The notes: generated by a model not told the origin, from the sequence alone. Shown: positions 26,793 to 39,723, counted from the whole stretch's first letter. The stretch is 63,625 nt of DNA, filler included, from Octopus bimaculoides (GCF_001194135.2; 5 parts of 5 records of this genome joined end to end with filler, not necessarily neighbours in it), one strand, 5' to 3'. Translations and numbers: made by a program.

Positions 26793-29405
26793 CAGTAATA
26801 CGCATAATATTCACAATGCAACCAACAATAACAATGGAAATGACAACACCAACTACACCCCCACCACCACCACCACCAACAATAATGATTGCACTACCAC
26901 CATCAGCAACAGCAATGATAACAGCAATAGCAACAACCACACGAACAGCACCGTACACACCAGGAACAACAGCAACAACAACGTCCGTCACAATAACAAC
27001 AGCGACAGCAGCAACAGCAGCCACACATACAACGATAACAACAATGGCAACAACAACGCCTTAGAAAATCTCTTTTATAACCCAATTGACAAATCGTATG
27101 ATATGACGCGCATCTATCCAACGGATTTACCTTTCAACAAAAGAGTATGCATCTCGCCATACACAGATGATAAAACAGAAGCCGTGATCTCTTTAGCTAG
27201 AAGCAGACTCAAGAAAACATTAACACGTTATATAGCAACTGCACCAACACAAAACGAAGCAGAGGCCCACCAACTCGGTACAGTAGCTGCAATGGGCATA
27301 CGAAAACAAAAGCATAAAGTTAGAAACAATGAGATAGTATGCCTCCCTACAGACAAATCAGGCAGGATATCGGTAGACAGCCTGCAAAACTACACCCATA
27401 CGATGCAAAAACATATAGAAGATATGAGAGAAGTTACACAGCAAGAATATGAAAAAGTAGAGAACATTCTCAATGCACACATGGGAATGTGGTGTAACAT
27501 ACTCCAACCTAAGAGACGCACAGCACAGAACTTCGCATCATCCAACAACGACATTCCTACACTCTATGGGTTACGAAAAGACCATAAACCCATTGCAGAC
27601 CCTATCATGGGCCCCCCGTGTCGACCAATATTGCCAGCAACTATAAGCTGTCATTCTTCCTCTCACAGATATTAAGACCACACATCGAGATGACTCCTGA
27701 TGTTTGTGAAAACACTCATGACCTCCTCAGCAGAGTCAATGAAAGTAACTGCTCCCATGACCTGACAGATTGTATTATAGGCAGTATGGATGTAGTATCT
27801 CTCTATCCATCCATTGACATTGACTTTGCCGTAGAGAGATGTGTGGAAATTATTTCGGAAAGTGAAGTAACCTACTGTGAAGTGAACACGAGGGAACTAG
27901 GCGTCCTCCTAAAGCTCGTTTATAATAATGAATACTTAGATCACCACGACCTAACTAGATTCTGCCCCACCAGGTCAGGACGGGGTAGACCACCTACGAT
28001 CACAGCAGCTGCTAGAAAAACCACCGCAGAGCGTTGGAATGGATGGAATACACCCACCCACGACCCAGAGGATAATATCCAAACACGAAAAATGGTTGCA
28101 CATGCTGTAGGTGCAAGTGTGAAGACCACCCTGCAGAACCATATAGTTAAATTCAATGAAAAACTATACTTGCAGGTCCAGGGAGCGGCTATTGGTGTCA
28201 GTGTGGCCGGAGACGTGGCAAGCCTATTCATGACCTGGTGGGACAAAAAGCTGAAAACAACTCTCGAAGAACACTCAATAACAATCAAACTATACGGGAG
28301 ATATGTGGATGGCATTAACATCGTAGTCAAAACGCCATCAAACATTCAGACTGAAGAGAACGAGAAGATCGTGAAGGAAAACATCCAGAATATAGCTAAT
28401 ACACTACACCAGAGCATCAAATTAACAATAGATTACCCAACAAGACACCTAAACATGAGACTCCCAGTACTTGACACAGAACTTTGGCTACAAACAATTA
28501 ATGACTAAGTTCAAATCCTCCACTCCCATTATATGAAACCTAGATCTTCAAAGTATGTTATCCATAAGAATTCGGCTCTATCACACAGTGTGAAAATCAA
28601 TATATTAATAGCCGATTTACTTAGAATAATGAAAAACATATCCCCCCTGTGCAGTCCATGGCAGAGGCAATGACATATTCAAGACTTCATGCATCGCATG
28701 CAGTTTTCGGGATACAGCCAGGAAGATAGAATCCGAGTATACATAGGAGCTAACAAGAAATTTGAGGAGATTGTTGTCAAAGATACTGATGGAACACAAC
28801 CTAGATACCGTAACAAACAGTGGAATGGACTACAAAGAATTAGTGACAAAACCAACAGAAAGAGCACGTGGTACAATACCGACAAGTTCCAGGGAGTAAT
28901 GTTTGTGGACGCCACGCCACACAGAAAACTGGCCCGCAGATTTTGAAAAGTCCTCAAAAGTACCAAGTTGAGGATAAATGTTATAGAAAAACCATGGAGA
29001 TCCATTAGATCAATAATATGTAAAACATATCTCTTCAGAAGAACAAGGTATGTTGAGGAGAGTTGCATTGTGTGCAAATATAGTCCTGGTGCCAACTGCA
29101 AAGCCAGAAATGTGGTCTACAAAATAAGCTGTATGGATGGTGAGTGTAAAAACAGAAACACGACATACATAGGTGAAACGGCAAGAAGTTTGGCTGAGCG
29201 TGTAAACGGACATTGGAGGGACTATAATAATCAAAAACAAACATCGGTGCTCTACCAGCATGCCAAAGAACAACATGTTGGTGTACTGGACAGAATTAGC
29301 AGAGAAATCATGTCTAGACACCCTGGTGACGCATCGTTGCGGCAAATACAGGAGTCGGTCCTTATAACTGAAACGCAACCAATTTTGAACACCAAATACA
29401 CGTAG
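26793..29405 (+). mobile_element. Near full-length Penelope-like retroelement, Naiad-like (RT + C-terminal GIY-YIG), inactivated
   Basis: VCLPTDKSG, LYGLRKDHK..RPI, SMDVVSLYPSI, QGAAIG, RYVDG (YVDD mutated), LPVLD, then CIVC..NCKARNVVYKISC..YIGETARSLAER..H. One frameshift (~27640) and in-frame stops TAA 28506, TGA 28671, TGA 28944. Confidence 0.9.
28968..29405 (+). pseudogene. GIY-YIG endonuclease domain of the Penelope-like element
   Basis: NVVYKISC..TYIGETARSLAERVNGH..QHAKEQH..QIQESVLI. Confidence 0.9.
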
Positions 29406-29857
29406 ATGAGGGCCTTACAATTGCCCGTGGTTGCATGTGTTGTTCACACATATGATGCGGAATATGAACGTAAATAAATAAATTTAAATAAAAAAAAAGT
29501 TTTAAAGTCTCTATCTGTTCTGATATAAACGAAAATGTTACAAACACACATAGACGCACGTACTTACATATAAGCACGAACACATAAGTGCGTGCACACA
29601 TATGAGCGTGCACACATATGAGCTTGCACACACTCACATGCTCATACCGAACAGTTTCAAAACAACGCCAAAACGACGCCAGATCATACCTTCAAAATAA
29701 ATGGAAGTGGAGAGACAAGTTACTGAAGAGATTGCAAGAGTGCAATGAAATAATTTAACAAAAAACTATATAAATTAATAAAGGACTGAACCAGTGCGTG
29801 TGTTTATTACCGGCATAATGCCTCTCCCAATGTTTAATTGTATATATATATATATAT

Positions 29858-29908
<51 letters not shown>

Positions 29909-31013
29909 GAGAGAAATAATATATACGTATATGCAAATATCCATACATATATGTTCTTACCTACATCTATGTGTATACATACATGCATATATAGGTACAG
30001 AACCTGAAAAAAGAAACAATAAACACAATGAGAAACGAAAACATAATACGAACTTTATTGCGTTTCGAAGGCAAGGACAATACGTGACTTCATTGGAACA
30101 GTCCTTCCCGCAAAGCAAATTAAATAAAATGTTGAATTTTTGTGGAGTGTGAAACTGTTAACAAGAAAAGGACAGTGAGAACAAGACAGCAAAAACAAAC
30201 GGTGAGGGCTGTTGAGCCAAGACGATAGAAACATTATTATGAACGCTAGGCAGACGTGCCATGAGAGAAGAGAGAGAAAAAACATGTCTTTTCTTTAGGA
30301 AGGCAGTTGACAGAAAGAGAGAACCCCTTTCGTCACGTGTTAGCGAATAGAGAGTCAAGGATGAACAGTGAGACAGGGATTGAAAGAGAGGGAACGGTGA
30401 AAGGCAGAGAAGAATAGGGAAAGGGTGGGTGAGTAAAAGAGAAAGGATGAAGAACAAGAGAGGGAAAGAGGTAGACAGAGGAGCGATAGTTGTAGAGTGT
30501 GCATTGTAATTATTAAGATAAAATTTACTTGGAAAAGGATGCGTGGCGTTCGATCATATAATGATATAAATAATATATAAATATATGCATATATCCATAC
30601 ATATATGTACATACCTACATCGATATGTATACATAGTTGCATATATGGGTACAGGACATAAAAAAAAACCTTAAACACAATCAGGAAACGAAACATAAAA
30701 ATGAAAAGAAAAAGAACTTTTTTCGAACAACGAAAAAAACAAATATACAAATATATGTGTATGTGTATGTGCTGTACATATATATNNNNNNNNNNNNNNN
30801 NNNNNNNNNNNNNNNNNNNNNNNNNNNNNNNNNNNNNNNNNNNNNNNNNNNNNNNNNNNNNNNNNNNNNNNNNNNNNNNNNNNNNNNNNNNNNNNNNNNN
30901 NNNNNNNNNNNNNNNNNNNNNNNNNNNNNNNNNNNNNNNNNNNNNNNNNNNNNNNNNNNNNNNNNNNNNNNNNNNNNNNNNNNNNNNNNNNNNNNNNNNN
31001 NNNNNNNNNNNNN

Positions 31014-31049
<36 letters not shown>

Positions 31050-31269
31050 ACAAAAGGTAAGTTAAAAAGAACAATTCACACTGTTTGTGAATTGAGAGAC
31101 AAGGTGGTTTCTAATAAAGGTTCATCATATTCATGAAAATCATCCAAACAAGTAATGCGAATATGAACGTAATATTTTACGAGATCTGTTATAGGTATAA
31201 GAATATACCATATACAAGTAAAAAAAAAGAATGGAGAAAAGATGTTGAAACACAATGTTTAATATAAAA

Positions 31270-31415
31270 CTGGATTCAAGGCATAGGTACGTTTCTAAAA
31301 ACAATGCAAAAATGTTAAAAAAAATATAAATCGTAGTGATTTTAATTATAAAATAAAAATAAAAATTTAAAATATATTTAATGCATTGTCATTTCTCATC
31401 AGTGAGAAATCTTTT
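31270..31415 (-). ncRNA. Hammerhead-like motif with extended stem II (copy 1)
   Basis: CTGATGA at 31402-31396, ACAATGCA/TGCATTGT stem II base, GAAAC at 31295-31291. Stem III is decayed. Confidence 0.55.
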
Positions 31416-31935
31416 GAAGGACATCAAAGTAGTCATGAAGTAAAATGAGATTTAAAAATAACATAATAAAAGGAAAATAAGATACAATAACAGAACATGG
31501 ATGGGACAATAAGGGAGAATCTGGTAATTTACAAACAAAGTTGAGAACGGGAAAATAATCATATCAAAAATAATGATGGTGAGGGAGACGAAAAATAAAA
31601 ATAAAACGTATAGCATAGGAATCTAACGGATGTAGTTTTAAAAAATAAACAATAATAATACACACCGTTCTAGACGAAATACAGTTTAAAGAAGGCTACG
31701 TGAATTTATTTGAGTACAACGTAATAATTCAACTAGCATAACGGGGCCATAGAGGGTTATAAAAATACATAATAATATTATTGAGTAAACAAGTAAATAT
31801 ACAGACAAAAACAAAACCAAATTTTTTTCTCAAAGAGTGACGGCGTGCACAGTTTTTGTCTTTTTTTCTCTCTCTTCCTTCTTGTATGGGTATGTCTTCA
31901 ATGTTTGTGCATATTTATGTATGTTTGTGCATGTC

Positions 31936-32000
<65 letters not shown>

Positions 32001-32648
32001 NNNNNNNNNNNNNNNNNNNNNNNNNNNNNNNNNNNNNNNNNNNNNNNNNNNNNNNNNNNNNNNNNNNNNNNNNNNNNNNNNNNNNNNNNNNNNNNNNNNN
32101 NNNNNNNNNNNNNNNNNNNNNNNNNNNNNNNNNNNNNNNNNNNNNNNNNNNNNNNNNNNNNNNNNNNNNNNNNNNNNNNNNNNNNNNNNNNNNNNNNNNN
32201 NNNNNNNNNNNNNNNNNNNNNNNNNNNNNNNNNNNNNNNNNNNNNNNNNNNNNNNNNNNNNNNNNNNNNNNNNNNNNNNNNNNNNNNNNNNNNNNNNNNN
32301 NNNNNNNNNNNNNNNNNNNNNNNNNNNNNNNNNNNNNNNNNNNNNNNNNNNNNNNNNNNNNNNNNNNNNNNNNNNNNNNNNNNNNNNNNNNNNNNNNCGG
32401 ATGGCGATATTTTAGAGAAAAATTTTTAGAGAAAAAATTTAGAGAAAAATTTGTAGTTTAGAATTAGTAGTTCTTTGACTGCTGTTTCTGAATGTTCAGT
32501 ATGTTGGAGAAGCAACTCAATTGCTAATCCCTTATATTTATGATGATAAATGTTCTTACCGATAAAGGTTTATTTCATACTGAACTACTTGGCAAAATTG
32601 TTAATTGTTAATTCTATTATTAATTGACGATTCCCTGCCCTCATTTCT

Positions 32649-32696
<48 letters not shown>

Positions 32697-33599
32697 CATA
32701 CATATTTACGTTTTCTTGTTGTGAATGCGTACTCCTCTTTCATTTTTTATATGTTGTATCCATCCCTTATATATGCACCTTTATGTATGTGTGCTCCGAT
32801 ACATTCACATGTGTGTCGTAGGTGATGTATGCATTGTGTATGCATGTATGTGGGTATGTTTGACTGTATATTCCTTATGTGTTATGTGTATACGTGTTTT
32901 TTTTCTCTTTATTACTTGTGAATTGTTTAATAAGTATTTTTCTCCTTTATATATTCGTCTTTGTTTCTTACCCTTTTTTCGATACTCCTTTCAGTTGCCT
33001 CCTCTACGCCCGGCAATTTTTTTGAATAGAGACATTCTGCTGAACACACCAACCTACCCTGACTTTGATCGTATTCTGCCTTTGAAAAAAAACTCTTTGG
33101 TTTTGTTTGTGCCTTTGCTTTCATTCTCAAACATACTGTTTTTCATCAGCTTTAAGTCTCTGGTAAATAATGTATATACTTAGTAGTTTTTCATTATTAT
33201 TATGTATATCTATAACTCTCTATGGCTTTCTGATGCTAGTGGAATTGTTACATTGTATTCTATTAAAAACACATGGTTTCTTTATACTGTATTTCGTCTA
33301 AAACGGTGTTTATTATTATTATTTTAAACACATCCGTTAGATTCTTATGTTATAGTTTCTTTGCGCATATACACTTGCATACACATCGATAATTTTTTAA
33401 TTTTACTTTTATTTTTTGTCTCTCTCACCATTATTATTGTTGATATCATTATTCTTCCCGTTCACAACTTAGTTTGTAAATTACCGATTTCCCTTATTGT
33501 CCCATCTGTGTTCTCCTATTGTATCTTATATTCTTATTATTTTAATTAATTTTTATCACATTTTACTTCGTATTATTAAACTTCTTTGATGTCCTTCAA

Positions 33600-33778
33600 A
33601 AGATTCCTCACCGATGAGAATGGCAATGCATAAATTAAATTTTGAATTATATTTTTATTTTCATTCTTTATATTAATATTTTTTTTTAATTTTCAGTTAT
33701 AATTATAATCACTATGAATTAAAGTTAGTTCTTGCATTTTTGCATTGTGTTTCGAAACGCATGTTTGTATTGAATCCT
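33600..33778 (+). ncRNA. Hammerhead-like motif with extended stem II (copy 2)
   Basis: GATTCCTCA CCGATGA G..CAATGCA..TGCATTG..C GAAAC GCATGT T TGTATTGAATC. Core U4 is mutated to C. Confidence 0.5.
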
Positions 33779-33890
33779 GTTTGATAATAAATATATTTCT
33801 GTTTCAACATATTTTCTCCATTTTTAATACTTGTCTGTGGTATATTCTTATACCTTTAAAGATTCTCATCAAATATAAATGCATATATAC

Positions 33891-33953
<63 letters not shown>

Positions 33954-34019
33954 TTTGTGTATGTATGCGTGTGTGTGTGTGTGTGTGTGTGTGGGTGTGT
34001 GTGTGTGTGAGTTTGTGTA

Positions 34020-34310
34020 TAATGACCCCCTTCGGTCATGAATGACCATGGGATTGCACCTAGAAACTTACTCACCGAGGCACAAGTCAGGGGTGGGTTG
34101 TTTATGGAAGACCAACAGTCAGCCAAGCATACCGGCCTCCCCTCTCCGTGCCAACAGTGTTATCCAAGGGAAAGGCAAAGGCCAATAAAGCCTCGCACCT
34201 ATAACGTCGCAACTCATTTCTAAAGCTGAGTGAACTAGGCAACGTGAAATAAAGTGTCTTGCTCAAGAACACAACATGCAACCCGGTCCGGGATTCGAAC
34301 TCACAACCAT
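34020..34310 (-). repeat. tRNA/CORE-like SINE, family S3
   Basis: The reverse strand has a GAGTTCGAATCCC B-box and a GTGTTCTTGAGCAAGACACTTTATTTCACGTTG CORE-like block. Confidence 0.7.
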
Positions 34311-34392
34311 ATATATGTACGTATGTATGTATACACAAACATACACTTACATATATATATACATGCGTATATATATATATATATATATATAT

Positions 34393-34492
34393 NNNNNNNN
34401 NNNNNNNNNNNNNNNNNNNNNNNNNNNNNNNNNNNNTTAATTAATTAANNNNNNNNNNNNNNNNNNNNNNNNNNNNNNNNNNNNNNNNNNNN
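34393..34492. other. Artificial scaffold join N44-TTAATTAATTAA-N44
   Basis: Same 100-bp construct. Confidence 0.95.
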
Positions 34493-34526
<34 letters not shown>

Positions 34527-34866
34527 TATACAAACGAAACCTTGTGAATGTATTTGTTAGAAACCGAAAGAAGCCTGTCATGCATGTGTGTGTATGTGCG
34601 TGTGTGTGATTTAATTAACTGTCTTATATAATCTACATATACAAACGAACACCCCCACACTCCAACACACACAGACATACGCACTCATATTTACACGTGG
34701 TTTAAATTTGACATTAATATGCATAATGATAAAAATTTGGTTCATTTAAACAGATGCATTTAATAAACATTGACAAATTAGTTCTTGTTAGTTACACCCG
34801 AAGAAATCTGTAACCTTGGTCTTTGCGTCCATCCTTATTTACAGATGGTGAATATCCAATTGACAG

Positions 34867-34934
34867 GGGCGCCCTCTAGCGACTTCCTTTGACATTTTGT
34901 TGTTGATCAGATGACCTAATTTGCATTTGGCGCC
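34867..34934 (-). promoter_or_regulatory. Putative CTCF site with adjacent POU octamer
   Basis: TCGCTAGAGGGCGC (reverse complement of 34869-34882) fits the CTCF core. ATTTGCAT is at 34919-34926. Confidence 0.4.
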
Positions 34935-35044
34935 AAATATTGTTTTAATTTTTTATTTTCATTTTACATTTTTTGATTATATTTTTCTGCCTTGCATGTG
35001 TTTGGACTGAAGCAAAACATGTTCAAGGCAAATTATAGTGTCAT

Positions 35045-35225
35045 AAGTGCTCCGATGATGACGATGATGATGATGATGACGACGATGATGATGACGATGA
35101 TGATGACGACGATGATGACGTCGATGATGACGATGATGAAGATGATGACGATGCCGATGATGAAGATGACGATAATGATGATGATGACGATGATGACGAT
35201 GGTGAAGATGATGACGATGATGAAG
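35045..35225. repeat. (GAT/GAC)n trinucleotide microsatellite
   Basis: Directly visible. Confidence 0.95.
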
Positions 35226-35439
35226 ATGCACATATCGTTAGCCACCTACGGACTTGCTCAACTGGTTAAGGTCAAATAACTGACAAGCAAATCTGTAATA
35301 TTGAGTGGGATATATGCTGTAGCCCATCTTTTATGCCAAGACAAATCATGTACATGATGATGCTTCCAATCAGTTAAGATCAGAAACCATGAGAGCCAGT
35401 GCCTAGCACTACATTAGGGCATTATTATTATTAAACTAT

Positions 35440-35980
35440 AAAGGCACGGAGCGCCGTCAGCCGAGCATGTCCGAGTTGCGCGCAGGAAGACGAGACGGTT
35501 CTGCATGCACACGTCAAGTGCCCGAGTATTGCTAACCTATGGGTTTATGTCGAATACCTGCTGTCGCGTGTAGGACTGATCCGGCTATCAACTGAATCCA
35601 TCGTGAAGATCGCTCCGTCACCTTCCTTTGACCGGGAAGGAAAGGCTGTTTTTATATGCGTGGTGGCCATGGCGAAAGAGGTTTTTTGGTGGACGAGATT
35701 GAAGGAGCTGTCGACAAACACGTTTCTCTATGGCCACTCCCTCATCAGCACTTGAAAAGGGAAATAAGATTAGAGAGGGAAGCGTTGTCTTCCAGCCATT
35801 TTGCTGAAAAGTGGATGAAGGTGGCGAAAATGGTGCGAGCGAACGGGCCTACCCTGAGCATATGCTTGTAATTGAAGAAAAGGAAAGGAACAGAGGTACC
35901 TACCCCAAAATTCAGGTTACCCATGGTTTTTATAGGGGTTTTCCACGAGGAGCCCACAAGCGTCTCCTCCCGGAATTTGA
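35440..35980 (+). mobile_element. Tx1/L1-clade LINE 3' end (ORF2 CCHC zinc finger and C-terminus)
   Basis: ACPSCAQEDETVLHAHVKCPSIANLWVYVE..AKEVFWWTR..HLKREIRLERE..FAEKW, with one frameshift. Confidence 0.8.
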
Positions 35981-36635
35981 ACTCAGAACGTAACGGCAGA
36001 CGAAATACCGCTAGGCATTTCAATAATGAAAATACCATGTTTTTAGTATCAAAAATTTAAAAGTAGTCATTGTCATGATAAATGCTAAAACAAGACAAAG
36101 CAGAACAGCGAGCGGAGGAGGAGGACGGGAGATAACAGTAACTGGATCTGCAACATTAACAACAACCACAAAAACAAACGAAACAAGAAGCAAACCAGAT
36201 GACAAACGAAACAGAAAGAAGACACGTGTTTAACAATAAGTGGGTACTTCCGTGAAAAAAAAAAAAGACCTGATTGTGCACTTCCACACTCTGCTCTTTA
36301 CATGACACACTCGCTAATGATATCTCGTACTACTGGAGAGGTCAGAAGTCATAAGAGGACAAGAGGTCATACTGGAAAGCGGTCAGTCATTGACCTATAA
36401 TAGAGATTGTGCAGCAACAACAACAATAACAAAGAAGGGAAACGGAAGAAAGGGCCATTCCAGCTCATTAATATAATGTTTCTCATAGGGGGTGGAAGGT
36501 TTCTCCCTCATTCCCGAGGCTGGGGCTGTGGAGACTGAAAAGGGGTCGGGAAAATGGTTGTATCAGTGCACATTGCGTTTCTAATTATTTAAAGCGAATT
36601 TTAAAACTTCTCTACCACCATGACGACCAAAGAAT

Positions 36636-36852
36636 TACGAGGTGGGGCTGAAAAGTTCCTGGTTTTAAGGGTGTCACGAAAGGCCTGGTTGGAGGTTCAA
36701 CCGTCTGAGTTCTTTTACGGGACTTAGAAAAACTGAAGGACCGCTGCAATATGTGAGTCAGAGAGGGGAATATGTTGGATAAAACCATAATTATCAGATC
36801 CTCTTGTATTTTCTTTTACCCAAAGCCAGGAACTTTTCAACCCCTCCTCGTA
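36636..36852. mobile_element. Mariner-type MITE with TIRs and TA ends
   Basis: TACGAGGTGGGGCTGAAAAGTTCCTGG ... CCAGGAACTTTTCAACCCCTCCTCGTA. Confidence 0.85.
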
Positions 36853-36911
36853 CGTATATGAATACTAGTCTCCATTTTCGACTCCTTGGGGAACAAAACA
36901 AATTCTACTGA

Positions 36912-37183
36912 TACGAAGGGGTGTTCATTAAAGGTTTCCCCTGACCCACTTCTGGTTATTGCAAGAAATAGAACTTGTACAGGTATAATCATACATGTCT
37001 CTAGATGCCACATTGTAAATTGTAGCTTCCACTAGGATTCGTTGCCCAGATGAAAGCACACTCCTGCGGCCATGAAATCCTTCCTCATCTCCCTTATTTT
37101 CCCTTCTTTGCACCATCTGACTTCCTTCCTCTTCCCAACAATGAAGTCTTTTTTTGAAGGGGAAGCACTTTTCGGATGATGAT
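36912..37183 (-). mobile_element. Mariner-like element end (TIR-like TACGAAGGGGTGTTCA plus decayed transposase C-terminus), cut by a gap
   Basis: TIR resemblance and a minus-strand KDFMAAGV remnant. Confidence 0.45.
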
Positions 37184-38294
37184 NNNNNNNNNNNNNNNNN
37201 NNNNNNNNNNNNNNNNNNNNNNNNNNNNNNNNNNNNNNNNNNNNNNNNNNNNNNNNNNNNNNNNNNNNNNNNNNNNNNNNNNNNNNNNNNNNNNNNNNNN
37301 NNNNNNNNNNNNNNNNNNNNNNNNNNNNNNNNNNNNNNNNNNNNNNNNNNNNNNNNNNNNNNNNNNNNNNNNNNNNNNNNNNNNNNNNNNNNNNNNNNNN
37401 NNNNNNNNNNNNNNNNNNNNNNNNNNNNNNNNNNNNNNNNNNNNNNNNNNNNNNNNNNNNNNNNNNNNNNNNNNNNNNNNNNNNNNNNNNNNNNNNNNNN
37501 NNNNNNNNNNNNNNNNNNNNNNNNNNNNNNNNNNNNNNNNNNNNNNNNNNNNNNNNNNNNNNNNNNNNNNNNNNNNNNNNNNNNNNNNNNCACACACACA
37601 CATTTATACATGTTTACACATAACTATACAACATTAAATGGCCTCAGGTTATTCGTAGCCCGACCCATTTCCTTATTATAGACATACAAGAATAAAACAA
37701 GGTCAATGACTCCAGAATTGAAAACGGTAAATCCTTCGTGCTCGCCCTCTCTGCTCCTCCATCGCCCTCCCCTTCTCCTCCTCCTCCTCCTCTCCCTCGT
37801 CACCTTCGCCGCTATGTTGTCAGCGTTTAAACACTCGAGTGTCCAAAAAAGGCAAACGTACTCCATTAAAATGGCTGCTGCCTGACATTCGGAGATCTAA
37901 TTAGGAACACAATGACAGCAATAGCAAAACGATAATGATGATGATGATGATGATAATGATGATGGTGATGGTGACGGTGATGGTGGTGATGGCCATAATG
38001 ATGATGATGATGGTGATGATGATGATGAGAGTGGTGACGACGATGATGATGGTAATGGTGATGATGATGATAAATGATTGTCTCGAATTTAGGTTGAGTA
38101 GATTGTATGAATAGGGTCGCCTTTGATTCATATTGAAGTTATAAAAGTGTGTGTGTGTGTATCTATATACATAAATACACGCATTATATATATGTGTGTG
38201 TGTGTGTATAAATATATACATAGATATCTATATATAAATATGTATATATATATAACTATATATATATATATCGTTTTTGGATTTGGTTTGCAAG

Positions 38295-38344
<50 letters not shown>

Positions 38345-38349
38345 TAAGC

Positions 38350-38550
38350 ACAGGTGGAGTCCCTGTTCAACCTCACCAATGCCCTATTCATGGAGCAAGT
38401 TGTACTCAGATCAACAAGGGCGAATACCATTTTGGATCTCTGCTTCACAAACAATATGGACATCGTTTGTGATGTGAAGGTGACGCCGACATTAGTCTCG
38501 GATCACAACATAAAAGAGCTGTCTATGTTTGGGCCAAAAGAGTCGGACTC
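38350..38550 (+). mobile_element. CR1/L2-clade LINE AP-endonuclease fragment
   Basis: EQVVLRSTRANTILDLCFTN..LVSDHN is an APE C-terminal motif. Confidence 0.8.
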
Positions 38551-38744
38551 GTGATCTGGCGATTGTGAACGGGGCACCGGAAACACATACGAACGCGCGC
38601 GCGCGCACACACTCACACATGCACACACTAATGGTAGTTTCTCGTGCCTACACACACATGCACGCGCACGCACACACACATGTATGTGGATAATCCTTGC
38701 GAGCTCTCCTACGATAACCACAAACCGTCGTCATCAACAGTCTC

Positions 38745-39255
38745 GTGACGTCTAACATTACATCACCATCATCCAAACCACCACCACCACCACCACCATC
38801 ACCACCACCACCATCATCATCATCCAAACCACCACCACCACCATCGCTGCCGTCNNNNNNNNNNNNNNNNNNNNNNNNNNNNNNNNNNNNNNNNNNNNNN
38901 NNNNNNNNNNNNNNNNNNNNNNNNNNNNNNNNNNNNNNNNNNNNNNNNNNNNNNNNNNNATCTTCGCCATTATGATTACGACCGTCATAATTACTGCTAC
39001 AACTACAGCAACTTCTTGTCATCACCAACACCACCACCACCACCACCATCACAACGGCAACCAGAATCGTCACAAACCACCGCCTTTACCGCTGCTAACA
39101 CCACCAGCATCAGCAGCACCAAAACCTACACCACCACCCCAACAACAACAACAACAACACTACTAGTGTGTTGTTTCCTGTTTGCAATTTCGGTCTTTAA
39201 GTACTGCGTCCTGGAACAGTCAGTACACCAATGTCGAAGAACATCAACAACAAAA

Positions 39256-39317
<62 letters not shown>

Positions 39318-39320
39318 ATC
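38745..39320. repeat. Compound trinucleotide microsatellites (CCA, CAA, ACT)
   Basis: Directly visible. Confidence 0.9.
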
Positions 39321-39685
39321 ATTAAATTGGTAGATTACGTTCCAAATCATTTCGTATTATCATGTCCTAGTTTAGTGTCCTAAATATCAACACAATGTTT
39401 ACAAGGAGTTGGAATCCAATATTTTCTCTGCTAAATTAAAGGGCCTTCCTCATTCTTCCTGTGCCATCTGTCAAAAACGAACAGACGTAAGTCTTGTTTT
39501 CTTTCCATAATGAAACAGGAGCCGAATTACGATCGACACTCAAAGCTTTCCATGGGATTTCGAACCTATTGGAGAGTGAAAAATGGATATTTAACAGTTA
39601 ATTCTTGCAGAAGGCCTTGGCAGGAGATAAATTAAAAGGTAGAGAGAGAAAAGACAGACAGCTAACCAGCTACATAGGTATATGC

Positions 39686-39723
<38 letters not shown>

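Larger units (their letters stand above)
31180..33870. repeat. Large diverged inverted repeat (arms ~31180-31837 and ~33076-33870); third partial copy at 40808-41058
   Basis: Collinear reverse-complement blocks, e.g. GGTATAAGAATATACCA / TGGTATATTCTTATACC and CTTTTGAAGGACATCAAAG / CTTTGATGTCCTTCAAAAG. Confidence 0.9.

Noticed and set aside
28671-28946. Selenocysteine readthrough at the two in-frame TGAs of the Penelope-like element
   Set aside because: The contexts (Q*H, F*K) fit CGA(Arg)->TGA decay. The copy also has a TAA, a frameshift and YVDG, and I could not fold a convincing SECIS downstream.
34977-35279. His-rich, Met-rich or Ile-rich ORFs
   Set aside because: Alternative translations of a (GAT/GAC)n microsatellite.
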